Source: Octopus vulgaris (taxonomy: Eukaryota). From it: a DNA stretch of 64,000 nucleotides. Each line of letters opens with the position of its first letter. Position 1 is the first letter of the stretch. The notes under the pieces are model-generated. The model was not told where the DNA came from. It made no database searches and worked only from the letters and a program-made list of their open reading frames with translations. Position numbers and translations under genes: made by a program. The stretch covers positions 43,090,001-43,154,000 of the forward strand of contig OX597817.1 of the NCBI GenBank assembly GCA_951406725.2. The letters run 5' to 3'. Positions 1 to 15,400 of the stretch are shown here, in pieces.

Positions 1-495
1 GCCCTTCCTAACGTCAACCACTCCAAGAGTGTAGTAGTGTAGTGGGTGCTTTTACGTACTGCTGTCAGTCAAGCAGTACTGGCGACGGCCATGCTCAAAT
101 GGTGCTTTTTATGTGCCACCTGCACAGGAGCCAGTTCAGCAGCACTGGCAACAACCTCATTCAAATATTTTGTCTAAATAAAATAAGAAATTTAGAATAA
201 TAAACATTTCGTATAATTGTGTTTTTGAATAATTTCCATTCGAATAAATGTTTGTCAAATAATTGTTTTGGAACAATTATTTTTGAACAATATTCACATA
301 ATCTTTGAAACAGTTTTCATGTTTGTTATAGAATCTTATGGAAAATGTGATTAGAAAATAAGGAAAGAATAAATATTTAAAGTCTTGTAAATGGTTACTG
401 CAGGCCTATGAAAATGTTGATATTGGGTGTGGTGGACATTGGCATTCGTTTTTTTACATGTCACTTTATTGTTATTTTTTATATTGTTTTATTAG

Positions 496-3400
496 ATATG
501 TTTGATGAAGAAATGGAAGAAGGTGATTCAGATAAGAGTAAGGAAAATTTGGATGTATCTAAAACAGTGAAAGAAAAGAGTTCTAAGGTAGGATTTTAGA
601 AAAACGTTGACTCTAGTTTACCTAACAGCCCAACCAAACAGCTTCTTTCTCCATGGTTGACCAGTGACTAATTTTTAATACATTTAATCACACCAACAAA
701 ATCTTTTGTGACCATATTGTTATTAAATGAAGGTGCATGTTGTAGTGGTTTAAATATTCAGCTCATGATCACAGTGTCATGGGTTCAACTCCTGCACTGG
801 GCAGCTTATGTCCTTGAGCAAGACACTTCATTTCATGTTGCTCCAGTCTAAAAACTAGTACCAGCCAATTGTTGGTGCAGCTCTCTCCTCCTCTCTCCCT
901 TATGCTCTCCCTCCTCCTCTCCCTTATACTCTCTCTCCTCTCTCCCTTACGCTCTCTCTCCTCTCTCCCTTACGCTCTCTCTCCTCTCTCCCTTACGCTC
1001 TCTCTCCTCTCTCCCTTACGCTCTCTCTCCTCTCTCCCTTACGCTCTCTCTCCTCCTCTCTCCCTTACGCTCTCCCTCCTCCTCTGCCTTACGTTCTCCC
1101 TCCTCCTCTTCCTCCTCCTCTCTTCCCTACACTCTTCTCACCTGTTTCCAAGCAAGGTGTTATTTCCCTATGCCCAAATAGGATTTTCATGGAAGACGAA
1201 GTGAATAACCATGCTTGTATGATGCTGCTGCTGCTCATTTATATCCATCATCTGATGTCTAGACAAGAGTACACACAAACACAACAGGTTTCTTTCAATT
1301 TCCATTTACCAAATCCACTCACAAAGCTTTGGTTGGAATGGAGCTATAGTAAAAAAAAAACTTGCTCAAGGTGCTATACAGTGATACTGAACTCAAGACC
1401 ACAGGGTTAGGAAGTAAGCTTTTTAATCATACAGCCACATTTGTGCCTATATCTGCTATATGTGCCATGTATCTATAGCCAGTATATTTTTGTTAAATAG
1501 AATGTGGACCTGTTTTTGATTATTAGTTAGGGGTGTTACTTTTTTTTTGCTTCAGTGTTCTTACATAGATGAATACATACATATCTGTTTTCTCTGTGTT
1601 TGAAATTTTATGTCAAACAATTCTTATAAGATTTTAATTTGCTTTATTTTGTAGTCCAAGGAAGATGAAAGCAAAAGTTCAAAGCCACCCAGACGTAATG
1701 CGAACAAAAGACGCAGAATTATTGTAGAAGCAGACAGTGGTGATTCCAGTAAGTTTCTAGCATACTGAATCTTTGTTACCTTCTTCTTGATACTTGAGAT
1801 ATGCCAATGTCTTTGACTAGTGTCTAACACTCATGAAGCACACTTGATTGACATTTGGTGGGGAAATGATTCATTATGGTCTCCGGTTCAGTCCCACTGC
1901 ATGGCACCTTATGCAAACAGCCTTTTGAGTGGATTTGGTAGATGGAAACTGAAAGAAACCTGTTGTGAGTGTGTGTGTTTGTTTGCCCCCTCCTGCCCCA
2001 CTTGACAACCAGTGTTGGTGTGTTTACATCCCCATAACTTAGAGGTTTGGCAGAAAAGACCAGTAGAATGAGCACCAGATTTTAAAAAATTATTTGTTGG
2101 ACTAAAATTCTTCAAGGTTGTGCCCCAGCATGGCCACAGTCTAATGACTGAAACAAGTAAAAGATTAAAAAAAAAAACCTGGCTAAAAAGATATGGCTGG
2201 TCTTGCATACTGAGTGATTTGTTTGTTTATATTGGCTTTTCCATGCTGGCATGAATTGGATGATGACTTGCTGAAGTAAGTCTTCATCTAACCTAAGTCA
2301 AACATGGAAATGCATGCATAAAATAAATGAATTACTGTTATGCAAGAACAGTCAGATCACCTCCGCCACTGAACACATGCAAATACAAAGAAATAAATGA
2401 TTGGCAATTATATATATATATACCACATGGTTCCGGGTTCATTCCCACTGCTTGGCACCTTCGGCAAGTGTCTTCTACTATAGCCTCGGGCCAACCAAAG
2501 TCTTGTGAGTGGATTTGGTAGATGGAAACTGAAAGAACCATGTTGTATATATATATATATTTATTTATATATAGGAAAAGTTTACGAAAAAAACAAAAGA
2601 CAAAGACAGGTGGTGTACAAAACAAACAGATGTATTAGTATAACGCTCAGGAATAGAAAAAGTCTTTTACATTTCGAGCCTACGCTCTTCTACAGAAAGG
2701 TACACTAAAAGCAGTGCTCCAGCATGGCTACAGTCAAATGACTGAAACGGGTAAAAGATATATATATATATATATTGGCATTAGGAAGGGCATCCAGCTG
2801 TAGAAACTTTGCCAGATCGGATTGGAGCCTGGGACAGCCTTCTGGCTTGCCAGCCCCCAGTCAAACTGTCCAATCCATGTGACCATGGAAAGTGGACGTT
2901 AAATGACGACGACGATATTTGTCTTGTGATAAATCAGTTTACTTTTCATCATTTAGGTGATGATTACAAAGCTTCCTCTGGCTCTGAGAGCGACTCAGAT
3001 AGTGCAAGCAGTGGAGTTGATGAGGATAAGTTATCTGACACAGGGTCAGAACCTGAGGCGTCACCTGTCAAGGTAGGTGTTGTTTGTCTTTTTATTTCAA
3101 CTATCTAAAAAACTTCAGTGCATTTTTTTTTTTCTGAACTGTTTTTTCAGATCTTGCAGGTAAAACCAAAAACAAAAAAAAAAAATAGTTAAATAGTAAT
3201 AGGGGCAGGAGTAGGCCTACAAAGGTCTTTGGTACTGAATACTTCTAAGTAAACCACACAAAAATAATTAATTTTGGCTATAAAGTGAAGATACTATTGA
3301 CTAAAGGAGTTTAAGCTTAACTAGTATATGTCATTGCATTCTTTTGGACAAAGTTCATGACCTTGTTTTAGTTTTCCTGACAAACTAAAGTTTTGTTCTT

Positions 3401-6400
3401 CATATTTGTGATGTAAAATAGGCATCTGCTTTAAAAGCAGTTATTCCAAAAGACATACAAGTGTTTGTGTTACAAATTTTTGAAAATTTGCTAATCATGT
3501 CAGCATGGTTAAAATGCTGGTAAAAAATGAAAACAAAAGGATAATGAAGGTTTTGTAACAAAATGTTGCACTATTTATTGAAAAATGGAAGTTATGTTCA
3601 AACAACTCTGATAACTATTTTGTTTTATTTATGTACAAACAGAAAACATCTCGGAAGAGAAAACTGCCTGGTTCTACCCCTACAAGTGTTAAGAAGTCTT
3701 TATCTTCAAGTACAGTTACTCCAGAACGTTCTCCTTTTGTTGGATCTATAAGCTCAGCTACAAAATCTAAACTGTCTCTTTTCTCAGCTCCTGATTCTGT
3801 AAGTATTTGAATCTTCATCCAAAAAGTGAGATTTACTAGTGTTGGTGTAATTTGAATTTAGAATGTAAAGGACCATAAATAAATCCCACTATTTTGTTTG
3901 ATACTTTACCGATTCTGCCATTCCACCACCATATATGTTTATTTCAGTTTCTTTATAAGTTTCAATCATTTTTGTTTTAGTCTTCTGCTTCAACTGGAGA
4001 CAAAATGGAACCATCAACATATCTGCATATGACCTTGGACTTCTTGAAACCAGAAAAGTTGAAGTAAGCATGTTTTAAAAATCTTTTGAAAACCATTTCT
4101 GCATTTAATCAACTGATGTGATTATAATGCAGTTTATATTGCAAGTTGCATTGTGTTGTGAGATTGCATGATAGTGAATTTGGCTTTATAACCCAGACAG
4201 GGAGCTAGTTCAAGATGTCTTGTCACTTTGGATGGCTTCAGTCTATGTTGATCAATTGAACCTTTAAAGTAGAATGACCAATTAAATACATACCGTAAAT
4301 CCTCGAGTATAGTCCGCCCTTGAGTGTAATACGCAGGGGATTTTTAGGGGGCTGTACCTCTGAAGCACCTAAACCTTGTGTGTAATACGCACCCCTCCTC
4401 TAATTTGAGTCAAGGAGGTTTAATGTAACGTCCTTAGTTTGTAAAAATGTATATGGTAACGTCCTTTATTATTATTGTATATATAACATAATGCAAATGT
4501 GTAGCTTTTTTGTGCATATTGTTTACAGAAAATAAAGAAATAACAGTAATAACGTTTAATAAATGTTGCTTACTGCAAGTTATGGATGATTCTTTTATGA
4601 CTTCATTGCTTTCAGGTTTAGCTTAAGGTATTTTCGCGCCCGACATCACAAAATGCGTCTGAATAAACATTGCCGGACAGCAAATAGAGACTCGGACAAT
4701 GCTTAGAAAATAATTTTCATTTTTAACTTCGTATATAGTACGCACTAGGGATTTTGGGGAAAATATGCGGATTATACTCGAGGATTTATGGTACTGCTAA
4801 GCCACACAACAATAGCAGCTGATGGAACTGACTTTTTGATTATTGATACTTGTATTATTAGCGGTTTTAAATTCTAGCACAAGGCCAGCAATTTCGATTA
4901 TACCAGCTCCACTTCTTAACTGGTTACTTATTTTATGAACCCCTGATGGATGAAAGGAATGTGAAGGGCCAGAAGAAATGCCACTAAGCATTTTGTCCAT
5001 CATGTTTACAATTCTGTCAGCTCACCACCTTTATATTATCAATGTAATTAAATTAACATTTCAGCAGGCGTTGGAGTGGCTGTGTGGTAAGTAGCTTGCT
5101 TACCAACCACATGGTCCTGGGTTCAGTCCCACTGTGTGGCACCTCGGGCAAGTGTCTTCTACTATAGCCTTGGGCCGACCAAAGCCTTGCGAGTGGATTT
5201 GGTAGACGGAAACTGAAAGAAGCCTGTCGTTTATATGTATATATTTATATGTGTGTGTGTGTGTGTTTGCCCCCCAACATCACTTGACAATCCATGCTGG
5301 TGTGTTTACGTCCTGTAACTTAGCGGTTTGGCAAAAAGAGTCCGCTTACAAAGTATAAGTCCTGGTGTCGATTTGGTCAACTAAAGGTGGTGCTCCAGCA
5401 TGGCTGCAGTCAAATGATTGAAACAAGTAAATGAGTAACTATACAGCTTAAATCATTCTTTCTATCGATTCTTAAAATAATGAAGAATTTACTAAAAGAT
5501 ATTTTCCTGGGGCTTAAAACAACAGTGTCATCATCCTTTACAGGACTGCCACATTATCTTGGCATATAAACATTACTAAAATAGCTTTGCCATTAAGTTG
5601 GTGCTTGGAATATGAAATTTTGATGGCAGATTTTAATTTAGATCACTTTAAAAACAAGGTTTGTATCGCACAACTAAAGGTAGCCTCAGGTGATTGGGTA
5701 TCAGAAAGGGTTAATAAAACTTGACATTTTGGTTGTTTTAAGAACAAGATAGAGGAAAAGATTAATATGGCTGCCTAATTTTCTGAGGTAGCATAGATTG
5801 CTAACTGACAAGGTACGTTCTAACAATAAGATAATGGCTGGAATAGTCAAGTAACAAATGGTTTTAAGAAAATGTTATTTTTTTCATAAATTATTTTGTT
5901 TCTTTTTCTCACAAAATCTACAGGGACAAAAATGGACGCTTGAAAACTCATCCAGATTATGACAGCCGTACTCTGTATGTTCCAGATTCTTTCAAGAGTA
6001 AAGTTACTCCTGTAAGTTATATTCAAGAAGTCCACCAAAAAATCTGTTAATTTTTGATTTGCAACTCTTTAATTCTTACATTAGTTTTGGTTGATCAACA
6101 GGTGTTCATTTAATGTCTGTCTTTTCATGTTGGCATGGCTTAGACCTGAGTAAATTTGAGGTATGATTGTCATGGATGGTTGCTTTTCAAGTGTGGAAAT
6201 ATTATTCTGGAAGACTTTGAAAGCACAGAACTAGCAGATAATTGGTTGACAAGAAATGTCACCAAATTTCACCACTAACAGCCTGAACATAAAATAACAT
6301 CATAGTAACACAACTGCAAACTACCAGTTCAGTATAGTCTTTTAAATATTGACACACACACACACATTATCATCATCGTTTAATGTTCGCTTTTCATGCT

Positions 6401-9400
6401 AGCAAGGGTTGGACGATTTGACTCAGGACTGGTGAACCAGATGGCTGCACTAGGCTCCAATCTGATCTGCATTCTACAGCTGGATGCTCTTCCTAACACC
6501 AACCACTCCGAAAGTGTAGTAGGTGCTTTTACATGCCACTGGCATGTGGGCCAGTCAGGCGGTACTGGCAACGGCCAAGCTCAAATGGTGTCTTTTATGT
6601 GCCATACTGGCAACGACCTTGCTCGAATGTTTTTTCACATGTCACCGGTACAAGTGCCAGTAAGGCAACACTGGTAACGATCACGCTTGAATGGTGCTTT
6701 TTACGTGCCACCGGCATGGAAGCCAGTCAGCTGCTCTAGCCCAATCACATACATGCATATGCATATATACATATGTGCATACAAGTATGGATCTCTCTCT
6801 CTATAAATATATATACACTCACACACAAATGTAAGCATGTCTGCCAAATTCCTTCACAAAGCATTTCTCAGGCTGGGGCTATAGTAGAAGACACACATCC
6901 AAGGTAGTACATGGTAGGACTGAGTTTGTAGCTACATTGCTAAGAGACAAACTTTGTAACTACACAACCTAAAGGATTTTTATCAATCCTTGATAAAATA
7001 GAGAATTTGGTAAGAACTACCAATTGAATAGTTTTAAGTTTGACTCCAGTACCTTCTGTGCTTGCTTAAGTTTACCTGGCTATTAGGAATAACTAAGAAA
7101 TCATTTGGGATTGTCACCTGAAATAGATCAGCATATATTCTATCTAGTGGGGATTTTATCTTTCATCTGTGAATGCAGAGCCAAGCTTTAGCCATTTCAA
7201 GTTTTTGCTGACCTCTCTTCAATGCCGCGAAGCTTTTGCGAAGCTGGACAGCTAAAGGGAATATATATCTGTGTGTGTGTGTGTGCAATAAAGAGGTGGT
7301 AGAAGAGTAATTTGCTGGTTCTTAGTTGAGCTAGCATAGGTTGATTACCCTTGGATAGTGCTTGTTGGTGGAAAGGAGACGATATTTATTATTTTGTAAT
7401 CATATTGTCAGAGTGTGGATTGCTTGTACATTTTTCTTTTGCTTGTTTAATTGTGATTTCAGGTGTATTTGGAATGTTTGTGGCTTACATGAAATTGTTG
7501 TTAGGTGGTTTGCAAAGAGTTTTATTTCCTATCCCCTTAATTCTTTTGATACCAACCTGCCTGAAAGCGGCTCTGGCTGAGTACAAATGTCTTGTCTTCA
7601 TAAGTTTTGAATTAAAGTCTCCCACTAAACCTTAGCCACAATTTATGTTCCTAACATTAGCTGAATGATAACTAAGATATTTTACTAAATCCTTTGTTAT
7701 ATTTAAAGTAATTGAAAGAAACACAGAGCATCTCAAAATAAATACAGTAACAAAAGGGTTAATGCATGGGAACCTGAAGATAATCATTTGATAGATGATA
7801 ATTCTTAATTTTATGAAATGATTCTTTGATCTCCAATACAACTTATTCCATTCCAGGCTATGCGGCAGTGGTGGGAGATGAAATCCAATCATTTTGATAC
7901 TATCCTTTTTTTCAAGGTAATTTTATTGTAGTACCTCCTCAATCGTTATATTTATTATCTAATTCCATACACTCTTTTACTTCTTATTTCTTTACTGCCC
8001 GCAAGGGGCTACACACAAAGGGGACAAACAAGGACAGACAAACAGATTAAGTCAATTATATTAACTCCAGTGCATAACTGGTACTTATTTAATCAATCCC
8101 GAAAGGATGAAAGGCAAAGTTGACCTCGGCGGAATTTGAACTCAGAACGTAGCAGCATACGAAATACTGCTAAGCATTTTGCCCGGCGTGCTAACGATTC
8201 TGCCAGCTCGCCACCTTATACTTCTATCTGTTTCTTGCTTTCTTTCTTTTTCTTGTTCTCATTCTCTTCCCTTTCACCCTATGAACTCCACCACTTCACA
8301 TTCTTTTTCTCTCTTTCTCTCAGACATACAAATGATTTACAATATACACTCATAGCTAAATGACCTAATGTTATAGAGGTTTTGCTCACTGTTCATGCTT
8401 GGTATATACACACACATACATTCTAGCATATCAATGTAGAATCCCAGTTCTAATTTCCAGTCTCTTTAGCTGTTGACCCATCAACCAATCAAACATTCTG
8501 AATTCAGCCAGTAATTACTGTACTCATAGTTAATTCAGTTATTTGAGTTGTTCAAATTCCAGAACCAAACACAACAGAACAACTCTTAAAAAAAATCTAT
8601 CTAATTAAATAGGCTTTTTGTTGAATAAAGTTTGCTGTTCTGTATTTTCTGTATTATCATTAGTACTTTCACAAACAGCCGGCAACTAAAACAATCACGA
8701 TAATATTATATCATATTAACATCAAAATGTTTCCATCATAATATCACTTCAGTATAAAACCATGGGATGTGGTGAAACCAAAATGTTTCCATTATAATAT
8801 CATTTAACTACAAAGTTAAGAGATGTGTTGTCATTTATTTTCATTGTTTTGTCTTTTTCTTGTTTGTATTCAGGTTGGGAAATTTTATGAACTCTTCCAC
8901 ATGGATGCTGTGATTGGAGTTGCTGAGTTAGGTTTAATCTACATGAAGGTATTGTCTGACTTGGTCCTCTTCTGGTTTAAAATGTTAAAATACATAATTT
9001 TCAATATTCTGTCGAAAAATATATTGTAATAATCTGTATTTAATATATAAAAAAAAAATTGATATTACCAAAGAACTATGGATTGTATTGATAGGCTATT
9101 ATTCTACCTGCTAAGTGTTTGGTGAGTCATCTTTCAACTAGCTTCGTGCTGTCACTGAGTTGCATCTGTGGCCAAAATATCTGATTCACAACAACTCAAT
9201 TCACCTTACTATAGATAGTTTAGGAAAAACGGTAGTGGCATTGCAGAGTTAACAAATGTTGTGTTGGATGGCAGAATCCATTTCACATCCATATGTGGAT
9301 TGAAAAAAGCTGAATGTTATTGATGTCAATGTGTCTGATCATCCATTGATAGGTCCTTTTAATCAAGAAAAATCAAATCATTGATTTGTCTGACAAAACC

Positions 9401-12400
9401 ACAAATCAGCATCATCGTTTTACGTCCGCTTTCCATGCTAGCATGGGTTGGACGATTTGACTGAAGTCTGGCGAACCAGATGACTGCGCCAAACTCCAAT
9501 CTGATCTGACAGAGTTTCTACGGCTGGACGCCCTTCCTAATGCCAACCACTCCGAGAGTGTAGTAGGTGCTTTTACGTTCCACCGGCACGAGGGCCAGTT
9601 AGGCAGCACTGGCAATGGCCACGCTCAAATGGTGCTTTTTATGTGCCACCTGCACAGGAGCCAGTCCACCGACACTGGCAACGACCTCACTCGAATGTTT
9701 TTTTTTTTACGTGCCACCAGCACAAGTGCTAGTAAGGTGACACAGGTAACGATCACGCTCGAATAACGTTTTTAACGTGCCATCGGCATGGTGGCCAGCT
9801 TGTTGATCTGGCAACGATCTCACTCGTATGGTACTCTTAGCGCTCCACTAGCACAGATGCCAGTCATCGAATTTGATTTCGATTTCACTTGCCTCAACAG
9901 GTCTTCGCAAGCAGAGTTTAGTGACCAATGAAGGAAAGGCACGCATAAGTGGACTGGTATTCAATTGAACTAAAGAATATTTGATAATTTTCAATATCCT
10001 TCTGTCAAAATTATGCATTGTTGCAACTTCTGTGTCCAGTATTCATTATTGCTCTCTCAACTCTATCTTCCTTGAATGGATTAGGTCAAGTAATGTTTCT
10101 CTACTTATGTCACTGATTGATCTAAATTCTGAAGCACTTAATCTTTTCTATACTTCCAAATCTAATGTTTTATTTTTTTTTATTATTGCTGAGTCAGGAG
10201 GAAAGTCAGTGGCTAACAACCTTTACAGGGTTTTGAGAAGTTACCCTTAAAGTGGAAACCAGCTACAGCCAAGTGGTTGTGTTAAACTAGTTACCAAAAT
10301 TGTCTACCTCCTACCTAAAAAGTCAGAATACAAGGAGCCACTTGGTCATTACTCTAGGGTGGTACTGAACTGCAAAAGAATGAAATGCAAAGTTGACTGT
10401 GGCTGAATTTGAACTCTGATCGCAAGAAACTGGAGTAAATATGGCAAGATATTTTGTCCCGTACTCTGGCTGTTTGTCCCACACTCTGACTGCATTAGAG
10501 ATAAAAACCTTCAATCAACAAATTTCTACATGTCAATTTATATTTAAATCCATCTCTAGTACAACTCTGATTGCTTAGATTGATGAAATAACTATTGATT
10601 CTAAGGCAGTTAATATCTTAGTGATACAGATGATTGTAGTTTTATCCTTAAATTAAATCCCATAAACTAATACCAGCCAAATTGTTAATACGAGTTTATA
10701 TTTAACATGGGTTTATATTTAAATATAAACATGAGTTTATATTTATACAAAGGCTATATTAAAATCTCTTAAACTCATTGGAATTTGTCCTGCAAGACAA
10801 ACACATAAAGAAGTCTGATAGCTTGTTCTGTAAGCTCTCACCTCTTTTAACCTACGGTCCTTTATCATGGCCTCCTGACTTCGTTAAAATCTCTTCAATC
10901 TGCATTTTTCTGTAAACAGTACTCATTTAAAGTTTGTTTTCACTCCCCCTCACCCCACAAACAAATCTCCTCTTGGTCTCTTTAGCCTAATTTATACCCC
11001 CCTCCCGTTCACATTTGTACAAACACTGAATGCTTTGAAAGGTAAGGTCATTCTTCCCTATGTTGATTGATGACATATTTGTATATACTTTATATTTATT
11101 TAGGGTGATTATGCACATTCTGGTTTCCCTGAAATTGCTTATGGAAGATATTCAGACCTTCTTGTCCAGAAGGGTTACAAGGTGGCACGTGTAGAGCAAA
11201 CAGAGACACCAGATATGATGACTGAAAGAGTCAAGAAAAGTAAGATTTTAGTTTAAAAAAAACATAACTCAGTAATTATAATTTTTTCCATTTCATTCTA
11301 TTTCTCTCCTTTCTTGTCAAGATTATATAGTCGGAATAAAAATTATAAATTCTAATAGCCATTTATGCATCAGTCAATAGACCAATCACTGTGATTTTTG
11401 TCCAAAGAAAAACATTTCTTATGGGTCTGCTGTATTAAAAATACAAGCATGTCTATAAGGGATGTTATTTCAGGAAAAATACTGCGGTAACTGGCCTATC
11501 AACAGTGTGTAAACATTAAGTATGATACATAGATGGCTATTTTAATTTAAAACTGTTTCAGTTGCAGATATTAGATTTTAAATTCTTGTTTATTTTTTTA
11601 AATTTCAGACTATAAAATCATGAGATGGTTATTTCAAATTTAAATGTTTGAAATGGTGTAAATAAAAATTTAATATTGTATTTCCTCTCCATTCTAGTGC
11701 ATTCTGTTACCAAGTTTGACAAAGTAATGAAGCGTGAGATCTGCAGAATCACAACCAAAGGTACAAAAACCTACAGTTATATGGAAGGTGACTGCTGTGA
11801 ATCTGCTAATTCCTACTTGATGGCTGTTACTGAAAAGGTAACTTTGTACATTCAATGGAATATAATGTTCTTTAATGCAGATGTAGATTAATGAACATGA
11901 ATTTGCAAAAGCGTTGATTTTTTAAAAGTTAATCCAGCATGAACTTATCAATTTTTACAAATGCAATAGATACCAGTAATATACTGATGTAAATCAGTTG
12001 GCTGTTTTCTGAGTTATTAGTTACTTGTGATGGTTGCAATAAATAAATTTTGGGTTGATGTATATTTGTATTACCAATATCTGAAATATTAACTGCTATT
12101 ATTAACTTAGATCACTGATCAAGTTTTAAATTCTGTAGTAAAGCTACTGGAATTTTTGTTCTTTTTTCATAAAGTTGTATGATATTTGGGTATTTCTGTG
12201 GCTCATGGGTGGATGTTGTCTACCTTGACTTTGCTAAGGCTTTCAACTCTGTGCCACACAAAAGGCTTATGGTGAAACTCTCTGCAATGGGTGTGGGGGA
12301 TGACCTTTTTAACTGGTTGAAATCCTTCATCCTCAGCCGAAAGGAGGTAGTCACAGTTCTAGGACAGCACTCTACACCATATGAGATGTCATCGGGTGTA

Positions 12401-15400
12401 CCACAGGGATCTGTCCTTGGTCCCCTCTTGTTTGTGGCATACATTAATGACATAGATGCCAATTTAAAGAATGCCACAGTATTGAAATATGCAGACGACA
12501 TCAAGCTGTACCTTGAAATCAAGAGGACTGATCCTGATGTCTACAACTCTTTCCTGCAATCAGACCTAGACACAATGCAGCAATGGATCACAGACTGGCA
12601 ACTGAAACTGGCTGTGGACAAGTGTACCACCATGCATTTTGGGAGAAAAAACCCTGCGTCCACATACTCCCTCCACAACACTGATATCAAGAAATCCTCT
12701 TGCGAGCATGACCTAGGCATCACTGTCAGCAGTGATTTGCGTTGGACAAAGCATATCTCTAAAATTGTCAAGAAGGCCAAGGGTGTCTTGGCATCACTCA
12801 GCAAGACTTTTGTTAGCCGCTCTCCAGCCATCTATTTAAAACTGTATACAGCTATGGTACGACCACACTTGGAATTCGCATCATCAGTTTGGAATCCCTA
12901 TCTTGCTCAGAACATTGACCTCCTGGAATCTGTCCAGAGACGTGCAACCAAACGCATACCCTCCATCAGACACCTACCATATTCTGAGCGCCTTGTTTCC
13001 CTGGGCATGGATTCACTGAAGCTCCGGCATCGGTAAACACCCACAAAGTTATCAACCACCTCACCAACAACAACACTGAACACCTTTTTGATCTCCATGT
13101 GTCTAACACACGTGGACATGCCTACAAAGTCAGAAAACAACACAGCTCCCATGACTTTCGGAAACATTTTTTCTCGCTCAGAGTTGCTGAAGCATGGAAT
13201 AAACTGTCTGCGTCAGTCGTTGACTGCCATGACACTGCATCATTTAAGGCCCTCATGCTTTCCGAAATCCGCCGAAACTACACCTGATTATATATACACT
13301 TTAGATGAGTTGTAGTGCACCTGAGCACTGTACACAATTATTATTATTATTTTTAAAAGTATAGTAAAAGCACCCACTACACTCTCGGAGTGGTTGGCAT
13401 TAGGAAGGGCATCCAGCTGTAGAAACTACCAGATCAAGATTGGAGCCTGGTGCAGCCATCTGGTTTGCCAGTTCTCAGTCAAATCGTCCAACCCATGCTA
13501 GCATGGAAAGCGGGCATTAAATGATAATGATGATGAGATATTATCTTTCCCCTTGTATAATTAATTACTTATAGGCTCACATATAGATATCCCTGCAGAA
13601 ATTTTATCTCATTTGCTTATATGTGACTATAAATTTATATATGCAATATAGTTTGTGCATACAATTCAGAGATTTACTCTTGGTGGTATAACTTATAAAC
13701 TATTGTACATTATATTTAAAGGAAGAAAATGATGGCTGTTTTACCTATGGTGTCTGTTTTGTGGACACCTCCATTGGGAAATTTCATGTAAGTATACACT
13801 CCACTGCCCGTCTTTTGTTCACTTATGACTATTCTTGTTAAACTCTATCTTGTTCTGATCGTGTACAGATATTAAACGTAAGGATAAAAATCTTAGTGTT
13901 TTCATGAAGCACAATGGAACCTAATGTTGTTGTTCAATTCTGGTGTCTAAATACATAAACCAATAGAAAACCAATAGGAGAGTGGCTTGCCTTTTGATGG
14001 ACTATGTCTCATGTGGCCCACATCTTGACAAAGTTTGCCCATTCTTAGTCTCTTACCTGCTTATTTCCCACCTAGGTGAACTGTGACCTGTAAAATAAAC
14101 TGTTCTGTTCAGTCATAATGGAAGATCAGCTTGTAGATATGAATTCATGAAAACTCAGCTCATTAAAGCGGCAAGCTGGCAGAAACATTAGCACGCCAGG
14201 AGAAATGTCTTTACATTCTGAGTTTGAATTCCGCTGAGGTTGACTTTGCCTTTCATCCTTTCGGGATGGATAAATTAAGTACCAGTTACACACTGGGTGA
14301 ATGTAATGGACTTAATCCCTTTGTCTGTCTTTGTTTGTCCTCTCTATGTTTAGTCCCTTGTGGGCAATAAAGAAATAAAACTCAGTTCATGATCCAATTA
14401 CTTTTGTCTCTCTAATTTGGTAAGTTATATTTGATATTTTCAGACATAAAATAAAGAATAATGAAGCTATCAATTCATTTATAGATGTGGTTGTGTGGTT
14501 AAGAAGCTTGATTCCTAACAATATGGTCTTGGGTTCAGTCCCACTGCATGGCACCTTGGACGAATTTTTTTTATTGTAGCCTCTGGCTGACCAAAACCAT
14601 GTGAATGGATTTAGTAGACAGAAACTGAAAGAAGCCTGCTCTGTGTGTGTGTGTTTGTCTTGATGTCATGTGATAGTTGTAAATGAGTATCACCTTCATA
14701 CAAGTAATGTTGTTTGTGTTTAGTCTTCCATGAAAAACATGTCTGTCTATGGGGAAATATAACCTTGCTTGGAAACAGCTAAGGGTTGGTGACAGGTAGG
14801 GCATCAAGCCATAAAAAATTCACTTCAGCAAATTGTCTGATTCATGCAAGCAACAAAAAGTGGATGTTAAATGGTGATAATATACAATAATTTGAATGAA
14901 CAATTTGCTTGTTACATTTTTTTTTCGACCAGTAATTAGATTTAAATAAATTGTTTTGTGGTATGTACAGTCTGACCAGAAGGTTGAAATATTTAGTTCT
15001 AAGTGAGTATTGTCTATGGGAGGGAATGCAAGCTTTGTACATCGTGTATTAAAAATTTCTAGAAACTTAATGAATGCAATTCATTCTGTCTTTACTATAT
15101 ATTATATTACTATATAATTTGTTTGTTGTATTGTAGTAGGAAGGTTAATTTAAAGCTTGAGATTTCCTGTGTAACTTGATGTGGTTAAAAAGCTTAATAA
15201 ATACTTAGAATCCAACTGTTTAGCTAGATGTCAGTTAAAATAGTAAATGCTTCCTTCTACAATTTCATGTTGCTTTTTCCTTTGTTTTGTTCATCTAATT
15301 CTTCATTTCTTTTCAGATTGGTCAATTTTTGGATGACCGACACAATTCCAGATTCCGCACTCTTTTGATGCACCATACTCCTGCTCAGGTGTGTTATTTC

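Noticed and set aside
869-1204. 111-aa Leu/Ser-rich ORF
   Set aside because: Translation of a CT-rich minisatellite
5067-5140. tRNA-like sequences at SINE heads
   Set aside because: A/B boxes are present but there is no complete cloverleaf, and each continues into a SINE body
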